Origin: a virus
Lineage: Duplodnaviria > Caudoviricetes
IMG/VR virus record: IMGVR_UViG_3300032320_001447
Span: 96,001-160,000 of that record
Strand: one strand, 5' to 3'
Length of the DNA stretch: 64,000 nucleotides
The notes beneath the pieces were generated by a model. It saw only the letters and a program-made list of their open reading frames with translations, ran no database searches and had not been told where the DNA came from. The translations under genes were made by a program, and so were the position numbers. This document shows, in pieces, positions 36,537-46,506 of this stretch; position 1 is the first letter of the stretch, and every line of letters begins with the position of its first letter.

Positions 36537-36746
36537 CTATTGAGATGCCTGAGCCAGTTGTTTAAGCTTCTTGCCTACTTCAGGATCTTTGATTATCTGT
36601 ATTGAATAATCTGTTTTGCCATCAACTACTAAGTGACCTGTGAACCTTTCTGCTGTGCTGTGATTAACACACGTTGTTGAGTAACCTAGAGCCACCCTTT
36701 TTGGGTGGATCTCAGTGCTACATACTTTGCAATATTTTTTATTCAT
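36537..36746 (-). CDS. DksA/TraR-type zinc-finger small protein
   Basis: YCKVCSTEIHPKRVALGYSTTCVNH resembles C-x2-C-x3-I-x3-R...C-x2-C. Confidence 0.5.
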   Translation of the reverse strand: MNKKYCKVCSTEIHPKRVALGYSTTCVNHSTAERFTGHLVVDGKTDYSIQIIKDPEVGKKLKQLAQASQ

Positions 36747-36919
36747 TAGAAATGTACTTTTTTAATGTCCTTAATTTGCTGCTGAATTAATTTAGCTGCT
36801 GTCTTGTTTCCTTGTGAAAGGTAGAACTTAACCTCTTTCTCGAGTTCTTCGATAGTCTCTATTAGTTCGTCTTCGTTCTCGTTATAGATGTCACCAATTT
36901 CAATTTCTTCAAACATAGA

Positions 36920-37180
36920 TTATAAATTTTGGATTTGTTTTAATAATATTGTTACGTCTTCCTCTGTTAAATAACCTTCTACGTCGTTGGTTACTGATGT
37001 CTCGTAAGTTACCTGATCTTGCGCATCGATTACAGCCAACTCGTATAGTCCTTCGTTTCCACCGTATGTGTGTGGTCCTTTAACTACTGATGCACCATAT
37101 CCATTGTCGAACTTGATACGACTAATCATACCTGAACCCCTTGGATGGGGTTTAAATTCTAAATCATTGAATGTTTTCAT
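36920..37180 (-). CDS. Phage hypothetical protein
   Basis: FDNGYGASVV.GP.TYGG..GLYELAV motif. Confidence 0.65.
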   Translation of the reverse strand: MKTFNDLEFKPHPRGSGMISRIKFDNGYGASVVKGPHTYGGNEGLYELAVIDAQDQVTYETSVTNDVEGYLTEEDVTILLKQIQNL

Positions 37181-37202
37181 AGTTGTTTTTCAATTTTAAA
37201 TG

Positions 37203-37667
37203 TTACCAACTTGATTGATATATGTACTCTTGTGTATCTGCATCTCCTGCTGACACGATACTCATTAAGATATCGTATGTGTTCTGTACTTGCTCGAAGT
37301 AATAGTCATCATAGTCTGTACTTCCAAAGAAAAAGCCTGAGCTTCTTGGTAATAGCTGCTCTGCTTTACTGTGATCGTCTAATACGTCTTCGCATACATT
37401 CAATAGATCTCGCAACTGTTCGTAGCCTACGCTGTACTCTCTACAATCGTCTTGATCTTTCTGCACGTTCTTTACGAACCACTGATGGATCTGATTTGCT
37501 TTACGCCAATATCCAACTTCTTCTACGATGTAGTCAATCTTTTTTGGATTGATGAACGGATGTGACTTACCACCTTCTGTGATTATTACTTCGCATCTTT
37601 TATCTTCGCGTACCCATTCTCCTGTGTGTAAGAATGTTTTTTTGTGCAAATACATGTCTAATCCCAT
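37203..37667 (-). CDS. Phage hypothetical protein (MGLD.Y / YWRKAN type)
   Basis: MGLDMYL, GYWRKANQIHQWF, GFFFGSTDYD and YQSSW. Confidence 0.7.
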   Translation of the reverse strand: MGLDMYLHKKTFLHTGEWVREDKRCEVIITEGGKSHPFINPKKIDYIVEEVGYWRKANQIHQWFVKNVQKDQDDCREYSVGYEQLRDLLNVCEDVLDDHSKAEQLLPRSSGFFFGSTDYDDYYFEQVQNTYDILMSIVSAGDADTQEYIYQSSW

Positions 37668-37698
37668 AACTTTTATTTTTTATTTGTTTATAATTTAA

Positions 37699-38613
37699 TT
37701 AGGCTACCACAGAAAATTTACTCATGTGATCGTTGTATCTCTCTATTTGCTTCGCATTATCTTGATCACGTTGTTTGCTTTCCCAATAGTATACAGTTGC
37801 AATGAAGTCATCGAATCTTGCTTTAGTGACAACTATAGAACTAAAAGATCCATCTTCAACAGCGGTCGTTTTTATGTTCATCTCTACTTTTCCGTACTTA
37901 ACTTCACCTACAACTTCGAATGCATATACTCGTACGTGATCGTATTTGCCTCTACCAGTTTGTAGATCAAAGTACTGAGGATTTGTTTCTAATGTATATG
38001 AGCCTTCTTGATCATAAGGAATGTTATAATGTCTTTCGCAGATCATACGTGAAGATATTGTATGTTGAAAACCTGCTTTGCTATATTCTGCAATACCTTG
38101 TTCGGCTATTTCCTTTTCTGTTTTACGTATAGCAAATTCTGTTTGGCTAATCGGTTGCTCGAATGTAGCGTAACGTTTTTGTGCGTACTGTTGATATTCA
38201 GCTTTCCATACTGGCATCATGAAGTTAATTTGATTCAATAAAGTTGCAACCATACCTAAAGTTTTTAAGTAAGCAATAGTTTTAGTATCGTTGTACTCTA
38301 CTTCTTTAGAATAGAAACTTAATTTTGCTTTAGCTTCTTCGCCATATCTAGCGTAGTGATATATAGTAATAGCATTGTGTCTCCACGTATCTTTTACTTC
38401 TTCTTCAGATGAAAAGATTTGCAATGTTTCTCCACCACTTTCGAGTTTGATTGTATACGTTTCACCAGTAAATTTGTAAAACCATTCTGCAATGCTTGTT
38501 TCTAACGTAGCAACTTCTTTACTAAAGACATTGTCGTAATAATACTTAGATGCTTCTTTTTGAGATTGTAACTGTGACTGTAACGCGGTCAACGTAGTTT
38601 GTAGTGTGTTCAT
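37699..38613 (-). CDS. Hypothetical early protein
   Basis: First gene downstream of composite promoter copy 2. Confidence 0.65.
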   Translation of the reverse strand: MNTLQTTLTALQSQLQSQKEASKYYYDNVFSKEVATLETSIAEWFYKFTGETYTIKLESGGETLQIFSSEEEVKDTWRHNAITIYHYARYGEEAKAKLSFYSKEVEYNDTKTIAYLKTLGMVATLLNQINFMMPVWKAEYQQYAQKRYATFEQPISQTEFAIRKTEKEIAEQGIAEYSKAGFQHTISSRMICERHYNIPYDQEGSYTLETNPQYFDLQTGRGKYDHVRVYAFEVVGEVKYGKVEMNIKTTAVEDGSFSSIVVTKARFDDFIATVYYWESKQRDQDNAKQIERYNDHMSKFSVVA

Positions 38614-38644
38614 AACTTTTATTTATATTAATAATTTTTTAAAT

Positions 38645-38798
38645 ATGACGCTTTATTTGTCAGCATCAGAGTAAAAGTACTACTATCCTCCGAAACAAAA
38701 AAATTATATATAAAGTATCTTAAAAATTCTTCATAGAGAATCAACGCGTTATGGATATTCTTTTTTAATATGCATAACTGATTGGTTTCCAATGGGTT
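38645..38798 (-). promoter_or_regulatory. Composite early promoter, copy 2
   Basis: TACTTTTA (38672-38679), site at 38739, inverted site at 38773, leader hairpin at 38646-38668. Confidence 0.6.
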
Positions 38799-39072
38799 AC
38801 ATTGGACGTATTAGAGCTCATTTGGGAAGCTTTGCCCAATATGACTATATTGTATTAAGTTCTTTGTTTTTTGACCAATGGTGAAGACTTGGGAGCTCCA
38901 AAATTAAAGAATTTGATCTTATTAGATGCCTGATATGGACAAGATGCGCATGCTTTACCGAATAGATCCATGTGAAAGTCGCAACCAATTTGATCTGAAC
39001 TACACGGTTTGAGTGGTATCCTATTACCGAAAGTTTTTTTAAATAACTGTTTCATAACCTTTAGATGGGAGT

Positions 39073-39384
39073 TTATGTGTATTTTGAGATGAGTGTGTCT
39101 ATAATTTGTTTTTCGTCTTCGCTTAAATTTTTTTTGTTTTGTATAGTCTTTACAAAATGTATGTGCTTTTCTACTACTTGTCTTTTAGCAGCAAATAGGC
39201 CTGATATTCTACCTCCTTCTATACACTGTTTGTATTCTGATGATAAGGCATCTTTTACAATTAATATCTTTTGATCGTAAGATAACTCCTTATTCTTCTG
39301 TCTATTTTTAAAAGAATCCGCCAATTCAAATGCTTTGATTAATTTATCTCCCATTTTTGTCAATGCGTTTCTTTTAAAATTCAT
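39073..39384 (-). CDS. Hypothetical basic protein
   Basis: Abuts 39386..39679. Confidence 0.45.
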   Translation of the reverse strand: MNFKRNALTKMGDKLIKAFELADSFKNRQKNKELSYDQKILIVKDALSSEYKQCIEGGRISGLFAAKRQVVEKHIHFVKTIQNKKNLSEDEKQIIDTLISKYT

Positions 39385-39385
39385 G

Positions 39386-39679
39386 CTAATCTTTTTTGTT
39401 CATCATGTACTTGTATATAGTTTTTTGTAACTCTGTGAGAGCCGTGGTATTATCTCTTATTAAAGTATCTAGTCTGTCTCTCTCTTCTACTAAAATCTCC
39501 ATCATTTGCTGTTGTAGTTTATCTATCTTCTCTTCTAGTTGTTCGTTCTTCTTAACAAGTCTTAAGTACTGTTGCCAAGCAAAATATCCCAATAAAAAAG
39601 CTAGTATGCCTAATATACCGTATTGCATAAAAGCGGAACCTATACTAGCGCTATCAATCGTTGTCTGTAAAATCGTCAT
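39386..39679 (-). CDS. Single-TM coiled-coil protein, BhlA/UviB holin-like
   Basis: QYGILGILAFLLGYFAW followed by a coiled coil. Confidence 0.45.
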   Translation of the reverse strand: MTILQTTIDSASIGSAFMQYGILGILAFLLGYFAWQQYLRLVKKNEQLEEKIDKLQQQMMEILVEERDRLDTLIRDNTTALTELQKTIYKYMMNKKD

Positions 39680-39683
39680 CGTT

Positions 39684-39899
39684 TTAGTTTAAATTTGAAT
39701 ATTTCCTACACAATAAATCTTCCCAATTCTCAGCTAAAACTTTAATTTGTCTTGCAGATGCTTTGATCTGACCTGTATCTATTAATCCAACCATTGTCTC
39801 AACCCATACTTCTCTACTATTTACATGTAGATATTCATGTATCTCGGTTGGAATCTGTGTCTCTTCCGCTATTTTATCTAGTGTGTCGTGAATCAGCAT
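39684..39899 (-). CDS. Hypothetical protein
   Basis: Likely start MLIHDT just downstream of ATATTTAT (39909-39916). Confidence 0.45.
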   Translation of the reverse strand: MLIHDTLDKIAEETQIPTEIHEYLHVNSREVWVETMVGLIDTGQIKASARQIKVLAENWEDLLCRKYSNLN

Positions 39900-39922
39900 A
39901 TCCTGAACATAAATATTTGAGG

Positions 39923-40318
39923 TTAACCAATATTGTATTCTTTTTTCAAGTGTGTAAGACATTTTTTATAATCTCTCTTTTCTATTCTAATGGCGTCTTT
40001 CTCCATTGGGTTTTTGTGATGAGGCAACCATTTAGCTAATATTTGATATTCGTGCATGGAATGATTGACATAGTGCCAATATTCATGAATAACTGTCTTT
40101 ACTAATTCTTCTAAAGTGTGATGAGTTTCCTTATTTATGAATATGGTCTGGTCTACCTCATCATAATATCCATAGTCTTCTCCTGTGTAATGGTCTGGCT
40201 TTCTAAATTCTAGAGATGGATATGGACCATTTATTTTAGATCTACCATAGGTGAAATAGCACCAATCCAATATCTTCTGTGCTGTGGCTCTAGTTACGTA
40301 ATTCTTTTCCTTTCTCAT
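39923..40318 (-). CDS. HExxH zincin-like protein
   Basis: GYY...IFIN...TVIHEYWHY...NPME..A. Confidence 0.6.
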   Translation of the reverse strand: MRKEKNYVTRATAQKILDWCYFTYGRSKINGPYPSLEFRKPDHYTGEDYGYYDEVDQTIFINKETHHTLEELVKTVIHEYWHYVNHSMHEYQILAKWLPHHKNPMEKDAIRIEKRDYKKCLTHLKKEYNIG

Positions 40319-40411
40319 AATCCTAATGCTTTTCTTTCTGCTTTTGTTAAATTTGCTATGACTTCTTTTTGTATCTTTTTGTATTTCTTCAGTCTTTCCT
40401 TCTCTTTGTCT

Positions 40412-41098
40412 TTATTTTTGGTTGACGTATTTTTCATATATAACTTTATACTTCTTTGATAGTTTCTCTAATTTTGTTCCAGGGATTTTGTTATTAAATT
40501 CAAAGTAATCTGAATCTATACACGTATATGCCTGAATCTCGTCATTGAATACTTGCTCCGTATATCCCATATCTGTTAAGTTCTTACGCATCCTATCGTA
40601 TGTTTTAGGATCTATCTCTTTGGTAATAGCATCCACTTCTTTCTTATAGTTACTGTCTATATGATAGTACGCATGACATAACTCGTGTTGAAACGTGCTT
40701 GATACAGTGTCTGCTACTCCAATGATATAAGCTTTGGATTTAGGTCCGTACTTTAAGTTCACTTTCTCTGTAATCTCATCTAGTATTTTACCCATAGTTG
40801 CATCATAAGGCGTGTAGTATGTATACTTTTTTCCCATCTTGTCGTAACACTTTTTTGCCACATTTAAAGGAAAGTTAAAGCCTACCCAATCTGATGCATA
40901 ACTAAACGCATCTCCGTTCTTTCTGCTATACCATTCTATATAGTCCCATATTTCAAAAGCTTTACCTCTGAATTTAGGATTAGGAGACTCGTAGAACTCT
41001 TGTACTCTTATGAACAACATTGCTCTATGATACCTGTCTGGTACTATCACAGCAAATATCTTTGGTTTTATTTCTTTTATGTTATATTGTATCTTCAT
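40412..41098 (-). CDS. HExxH-containing hypothetical protein
   Basis: R.QEFYESP, TFQHELCHAYY and DEIQAY. Confidence 0.55.
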   Translation of the reverse strand: MKIQYNIKEIKPKIFAVIVPDRYHRAMLFIRVQEFYESPNPKFRGKAFEIWDYIEWYSRKNGDAFSYASDWVGFNFPLNVAKKCYDKMGKKYTYYTPYDATMGKILDEITEKVNLKYGPKSKAYIIGVADTVSSTFQHELCHAYYHIDSNYKKEVDAITKEIDPKTYDRMRKNLTDMGYTEQVFNDEIQAYTCIDSDYFEFNNKIPGTKLEKLSKKYKVIYEKYVNQK

Positions 41099-41645
41099 CT
41101 TGTTTTTGTTTATTCCATTTACTTTTAGATAATAAGTCTGCATAATCCTTATATCCCCGTTCTACTGCAAATTCGTCATTCAGCTTATCTCGATATGCTT
41201 TAACATTTGCTTTATCGTTCATTGCTTCTGCATTTTCGAAGCCTAAATCTATAGCGCAAGCTTCTTCGCACCAATCATGAGATCCTATGTTTATGCTTAT
41301 AGGCAGATCAGTTTCTATAGACTCTATGAAGTCTTCGAATTGATTAGCGGATACAAACGGCATACAATAAGATCCTTCTGCTATTTGGTATCCACTCTCA
41401 TTTTGCTTATCGAATATCTCTACTCTACCCATTCTATATCTTTCTCCCAATAAACTGAATATACCGTAACCAACAGTAGAATAGTAGTAACGACCTTGAT
41501 GAGATACTCCGTTCATATTAACACATTCAGGATTCGTTTCCATCCATGTGGCTAACTTATCTATTAATTGCTCGTCTGTTAGTTCTTCGTTCTTAGCTCT
41601 GATATTCTGTAGATACCACGCTACACGTTTTCTATTTATTTTCAT
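41082..41645 (-). CDS. Hypothetical protein
   Basis: Likely start MKINRK. Confidence 0.55.
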   Translation of the reverse strand: MKINRKRVAWYLQNIRAKNEELTDEQLIDKLATWMETNPECVNMNGVSHQGRYYYSTVGYGIFSLLGERYRMGRVEIFDKQNESGYQIAEGSYCMPFVSANQFEDFIESIETDLPISINIGSHDWCEEACAIDLGFENAEAMNDKANVKAYRDKLNDEFAVERGYKDYADLLSKSKWNKQKQDEDTI

Positions 41646-41646
41646 A

Positions 41647-42252
41647 CTAGATATTTTCTTGTTCAAATAGTTTTTCAAATCTCTTTGGTAATTTATCGTA
41701 CTTACCTCTAAATGTGGTTGGCATCGCAGCAACAATCTTCTTGTTTCTGTAAGGCGGATTGTTAGGACTGCACCATCTTCTGGTCTTCCTCATCCAATGG
41801 TAAAAATATAAATAAGCATTTGCTTTTTTCACATAACTTTCTTTGTCAATGCTTAAGTTATATTTGCCTATCAATTTAACAGATCGTTTCTCGTTGTCAA
41901 GTTCTAAGTCTACAACTCCTTGAATCGCTGCATCTACCATAGCATCAGATAGTTTTTCACCGGATATCCACGCGTCTACAGCAAATAGATACTTGTTTGC
42001 TTTCGTATACACGGGTACTTTATCTATCCACTGTGTGAGATGACCATATTCGTGTACCAATATTTCAAACGAATCTTTCTGCTTCATCGCTACTTGTAAC
42101 GTTCTGCCTTCGTCGTCAAAATATCCTGTGCACCTTACAGAAGGAATTGGTTTTAGGTACTTTACGTCTTTAAGCTTACACGATACTTTGTGTTTCTTAC
42201 AACCATTTTTCACTAACTCAATAAACATCTTATCGTTCTTGCTTAATCTCAT
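41647..42252 (-). CDS. HExxH zincin-like protein
   Basis: GYF...ILVHEYGHLTQW...LELDNE. Confidence 0.6.
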   Translation of the reverse strand: MRLSKNDKMFIELVKNGCKKHKVSCKLKDVKYLKPIPSVRCTGYFDDEGRTLQVAMKQKDSFEILVHEYGHLTQWIDKVPVYTKANKYLFAVDAWISGEKLSDAMVDAAIQGVVDLELDNEKRSVKLIGKYNLSIDKESYVKKANAYLYFYHWMRKTRRWCSPNNPPYRNKKIVAAMPTTFRGKYDKLPKRFEKLFEQENI

Positions 42253-42469
42253 ATCTTATATGTTAAAATTTAATTTTGAATAAGCTTTAACATCATACTG
42301 CATTTGTAGATCGTATGCATTTATTTTTGATGATCTGTCTTCGTAAGATTGGGATATATTCAAATCTCGCATCCACGCTTGAAATTTAGGATTTGCCATT
42401 GTTTCTTCTCTTAGTCTTATTAACTGCATTTCTTTTTCTATATTTGCTATCATATTACTGGTTTTTAAA

Positions 42470-42736
42470 TTATTCTGTGTATTCTTGTATGTCATAATAG
42501 TGGTCAGCTTGATAAGGTAATACACTGATCACGTTCTTTGCATTCCACATTTGCTTAATACATTTCTGGAATTCTTCGAAAGAGTGGTAAGGCGCATCTA
42601 TTCTAGATCCATCGTCGTAGGTTACTTCTACTCTAGCGATCTTATAGTTCTCTATGTATCCACCCATACGAGCGTCTTCGTATTGATCTTGAGTTCTAAA
42701 AGTGAATTCAATTCCTGTTAAGTTGTCTATATACAT
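42470..42736 (-). CDS. Hypothetical protein
   Basis: Small ORF in the minus-strand array. Confidence 0.5.
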   Translation of the reverse strand: MYIDNLTGIEFTFRTQDQYEDARMGGYIENYKIARVEVTYDDGSRIDAPYHSFEEFQKCIKQMWNAKNVISVLPYQADHYYDIQEYTE

Positions 42737-42753
42737 AAGTTTGTTTTTAATTA

Positions 42754-43029
42754 TTAATAGCAGTATGGTCCTATCATTGTTAAAGGCACATCGTATCTAC
42801 CAAATCCGTCTAATTCGTGTACGGTAGCTTTAGTTAATCTGATATCCTTTATGATGAATACTTTACCGCTTGTCTTATTATGTTCTACTATTACCTTATC
42901 TCCGATACTGAATGCTTTACGCTTTTCCTTTGAATCGGTTTTCTTCTTTGCTTTAATGGTATCTACTACCATTCTATTTAACTTTGATAATTCTAATAAA
43001 GTCAATTTGTTTAATTGTGATTGAGTCAT
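42754..43029 (-). CDS. Small SH3-like hypothetical protein
   Basis: FSIGDKV...I..IRLTKATV. Confidence 0.55.
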   Translation of the reverse strand: MTQSQLNKLTLLELSKLNRMVVDTIKAKKKTDSKEKRKAFSIGDKVIVEHNKTSGKVFIIKDIRLTKATVHELDGFGRYDVPLTMIGPYCY

Positions 43030-43251
43030 GTTTATATTTTTTAATAATTAAAGTAATAAGATGCTTGTTCCCATCTGCCATCAACATTTGTTTCTACGAC
43101 ATAGTCACCATTGTATTGTCTATTCTCTCGTAGTACTAACCAAATTTTATGAGTATCGGTTTGGATCTTTAACTCATCACCGTCCCATGCTTGTTCAATT
43201 GTTTCCATGCTGTTTAATTCAGCTTTAGTGTATTCGTGTAACATAATTAAA

Positions 43252-44406
43252 TTATTTATGATATTCATTGTTATAAAATTTAGAGTCGTCAACTTCGTTG
43301 TAAGAATAGTCTACGGTTATTCTCTCTTCTAAGAATTTTTCTTTAACTACACCTATCTTACGATCTTCGATAGTTACTGTACCAACTCCATCGTATGCTT
43401 CTAATTCTATTTCGTCGTACTGAGCACATGCATCTTTGTAACTAAAGAAAGGCCCAAACATTACGCTATATTCTGCTGCATCGTATCCTTCTAATAAGAA
43501 TGATTCTCCGTGCCCATCTTTGTACTTCATAAAGTATGGTGACTGAGTAACGAACCACACATTAGGAGATTTGCCATCACCAATAATATTCATAGCTAAA
43601 TCCTTAGCTAATTTTGCTGTGGTCGTTTTGTATTCTGCTAAATGATCTACTTCTACTTTAGGTGCTTCTACTGTTTTAACAATTCCAAATTCAAGTACAT
43701 AGTTTTCAATCTTAGCTATAATTTCTTCTCTCGTCATGCCTTTATAATCTAAGTACTTAATAGTCCATGCGCCTCGTGGATGAGAATAGCTAATTGTATT
43801 TTCGTCGGGTGCACCTGTGTACATATAACCTAAATAAGAATTAACATGACCGCTATCTAACCATGCTGGAACATGACATAATACTCTCCACATTCCACGC
43901 TTAGTGTTTTCTAAAAAGCCTAAACGTTTTAAATAACCTTTGTACTGATCTTGACGATAGTGTTTACCAGCGCTATATTTTTTCCACCAAGTTATTTGTT
44001 CGATACCTTCCATTGCTGCGTGGAATTCTTTAGTAGTGAATGTGTCACCTATGTTTTTAGAATTGATGAACGACTTTACAGATTGGAATAAATTTGGTTT
44101 GACATTCATAGTAGCTAATGCTTCTACTAAAGCGTCTTGAGCTAAGAATGTATCTTTTTGAGATCTACCGCCAACGTGCCACTCGATTGTTTCTTTATCG
44201 GTATAACGACGATATTCTTTCCAATCGTATACAGTAAATATAGTACCGTCTTCTAATTCTAATTCCCACTCGTTTTGCACTTTATCGTGGGGGTCGCTCG
44301 TATGATTTGGCGCACCTAAGATAATTTGTAGATCTGCTAACGTAGCACTGATTGTGGCACCGTGAAATGAAGTACCGTCTAACGATTTGTTTGTTTTCTT
44401 TATCAT
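43252..44406 (-). CDS. Multi-domain hypothetical protein
   Basis: 384 aa; N-terminal DKVQNEW...FTVYDWKEY...EWHVGG block. Confidence 0.6.
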   Translation of the reverse strand: MIKKTNKSLDGTSFHGATISATLADLQIILGAPNHTSDPHDKVQNEWELELEDGTIFTVYDWKEYRRYTDKETIEWHVGGRSQKDTFLAQDALVEALATMNVKPNLFQSVKSFINSKNIGDTFTTKEFHAAMEGIEQITWWKKYSAGKHYRQDQYKGYLKRLGFLENTKRGMWRVLCHVPAWLDSGHVNSYLGYMYTGAPDENTISYSHPRGAWTIKYLDYKGMTREEIIAKIENYVLEFGIVKTVEAPKVEVDHLAEYKTTTAKLAKDLAMNIIGDGKSPNVWFVTQSPYFMKYKDGHGESFLLEGYDAAEYSVMFGPFFSYKDACAQYDEIELEAYDGVGTVTIEDRKIGVVKEKFLEERITVDYSYNEVDDSKFYNNEYHK

Positions 44407-44516
44407 AACTTATTTTTTTGTTTTAATGTTTGTGAATTTAATATCTGTGTCGGTTAAATTTAATGTGTGACCGATATACACAATTGATAGGAATAGTATT
44501 ACTGATATCATATTGA

Positions 44517-44834
44517 TTAATTTGATGAAGGCATTGCTGAATATTCTATGTCTGTGTTGTGCCACTTTTTCATGTACCTTTGCCATGACATTTCACCTGT
44601 ATCTATTCTCGCTTGATCTAATTCCATGTTGTGAGGTACGCCTGCGATGAAGTCTTGATTATCTAAGAATTCAAAGTTAACGTGACAATCTGGATTAGCT
44701 TCGCTAAGCGCTTTATGATTCAACTGCATGTTTTTCCACATAAGCTCTTTGTCATAATCTTCGAATATTACAACTTCGTGGTCAGTAACGATCTCTTTTG
44801 TAAGAGCATTTTTAATGTAAATTCTAACTTTCAT
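44517..44834 (-). CDS. Hypothetical early protein
   Basis: First gene downstream of composite promoter copy 3. Confidence 0.6.
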   Translation of the reverse strand: MKVRIYIKNALTKEIVTDHEVVIFEDYDKELMWKNMQLNHKALSEANPDCHVNFEFLDNQDFIAGVPHNMELDQARIDTGEMSWQRYMKKWHNTDIEYSAMPSSN

Positions 44835-44857
44835 AGCTTTTATTTATTGATTATAGA

Positions 44858-45023
44858 TAAAACTACACAATTCTGGCTATCTAGAGCTGTTTTATTGAAC
44901 TATTTTCAAAATTTCTCGATAGATAACCAATCAGTTATGTATATGTTTTTTAATAATATGAGGTATTTTCATAACGCGTTGATTGCCAATAGGTTGCAAC
45001 CCTATGAAAAACAATCAGTTATG
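44858..45023 (-). promoter_or_regulatory. Composite early promoter, copy 3
   Basis: TAGTTTTA (44858-44865); sites at 44925, 44971 (inverted) and 45009. Confidence 0.55.
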
Positions 45024-45059
45024 AATGGTCTTAAATTAAATGTGTAAAGCGTTGGGAAA

Positions 45060-45740
45060 TTACTTGTAGTCTATGATATCGTCTACATTTAGGTTGCCTT
45101 TATCGTCGTAACCTATACGTTCTAAGTGTTCTAAATAGAATGGATCTAAATTATAGAACTTCGTATTGTTCTCGTCTAATACTTCTTCGTCGTGTATGTA
45201 CTTAGACTCTATGTTTCTTGTTATACGATCGCTGAATGGATCCACTGCAAATAAGAAACTGCAGTTATAACATAACCATCTTAGGTTCTCTAATCTCCAA
45301 TCAGATTTGTTACCATTAGAGAAGTTAATCAATAATGGTACCTTCATATCTAATATGCGTTTCTCTTTGAATCCGCACTCTGCACAACAGTATCCTAATC
45401 TACCATCTTTCATTAGTAGATCTTTGAGCTTAGCAACTCTCTGCGGATTTGATACTTGTTTCTCTGTAAGCATCTCGTCTAAGTCTCGTTTAAAATTACT
45501 GCCTTGAAAATTCTTAGGTATCCCTTTGGCTGATTGATTCATGTGTAAATCAAACAACGTCTTTCCAGTATCTCTGTCTATATACTTACTCGCATATTTC
45601 TTGTACGTAATGTAAGTGATCTGCATCCATCTTGCAGCCTCGTGATTGCTGCGAGTATTCTTCATTGCTTCCCATATCTGATCTTCTGTGATCTGAAGAC
45701 CTTGATAGGCGAAATTAGGCTTTTCTCTATTCTCTTCCAC
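45060..45740 (-). CDS. HTH plus degenerate HNH/Zn-finger protein
   Basis: EAARWMQITYITYKKY; CAECG...NGNKSDWRLENLRWLCYNC, with the catalytic His apparently absent. Confidence 0.6.
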   Translation of the reverse strand: MEENREKPNFAYQGLQITEDQIWEAMKNTRSNHEAARWMQITYITYKKYASKYIDRDTGKTLFDLHMNQSAKGIPKNFQGSNFKRDLDEMLTEKQVSNPQRVAKLKDLLMKDGRLGYCCAECGFKEKRILDMKVPLLINFSNGNKSDWRLENLRWLCYNCSFLFAVDPFSDRITRNIESKYIHDEEVLDENNTKFYNLDPFYLEHLERIGYDDKGNLNVDDIIDYK

Positions 45741-46147
45741 TAATCCTGTATTTTTGGATTAAGATCTACCATGAGGCTCCAAAGATCGTAAGGCGTTTCT
45801 AGTATTATTTCTTGACCTGATTGATCTACTAATGCGTTCAATGTACCATCAGGATTTACTCTATCATAAAGATAGAACGCTATGATATCTGAACAAGCCT
45901 CTCCAAAATGTAAGTAGTACATTAGATCTATAATTGATAAAAACTTCTCGTCATACTTAAACATATCCATATCCATATCCGCATATAGCAACGATTGTCT
46001 CACTGTTATCTCTTCCATGGAATTCATCATCTGTACAAACATCTCCTTCTTCTTGTCTAACGCAGTTCTCTTCTTTCTTCTAACGTAAGACTTAACATTT
46101 AATATTCCGTTTACTGCTGTTTGTATTTCTTTGAAATCTTCTGCCAT
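45740..46147 (-). CDS. Hypothetical protein
   Basis: Coupled ORF. Confidence 0.6.
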   Translation of the reverse strand: MAEDFKEIQTAVNGILNVKSYVRRKKRTALDKKKEMFVQMMNSMEEITVRQSLLYADMDMDMFKYDEKFLSIIDLMYYLHFGEACSDIIAFYLYDRVNPDGTLNALVDQSGQEIILETPYDLWSLMVDLNPKIQD

Positions 46148-46149
46148 TG

Positions 46150-46491
46150 TTATAGTTTTGGTTTAGTGACTACCTTCTTCGGCTTTTTCTTTATCTTTTC
46201 TATCAGTTTGGTAATCTTGTTACACGATTCGTAGTCCTCTTCTTCTATGTAGAATATGATACAGGTTTCTAGAGCTTGAACCCATTGATTCTTATGTAAT
46301 TCTATGTAACAATTTGAATCGTTAATTTCAAATATAGAAGCGAAAGTTTTTTTATTGTCTATAGCATGTTCTATAGATTTAGGAACTTCGTTCTTAATCA
46401 GAGTCTTTAATAGCTCTGAGCTTTGTATGTCGTGTGCTTTTAATGTCTCTACGTTTTCAAAGAGTGCACGAGGAGGTCTATTATTTTTCAT
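46150..46491 (-). CDS. Hypothetical protein
   Basis: C-terminal EEEDYESC helical motif. Confidence 0.55.
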   Translation of the reverse strand: MKNNRPPRALFENVETLKAHDIQSSELLKTLIKNEVPKSIEHAIDNKKTFASIFEINDSNCYIELHKNQWVQALETCIIFYIEEEDYESCNKITKLIEKIKKKPKKVVTKPKL

Positions 46492-46506
46492 AACGATTGT
46501 GGTTCT

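Noticed and set aside
44682-45047. Plus-strand ORFs within the minus-strand region (also 25185, 27269, 32987, 37211 and others)
   Set aside because: They are antisense shadows of better-supported genes or regulatory DNA and have no motifs.
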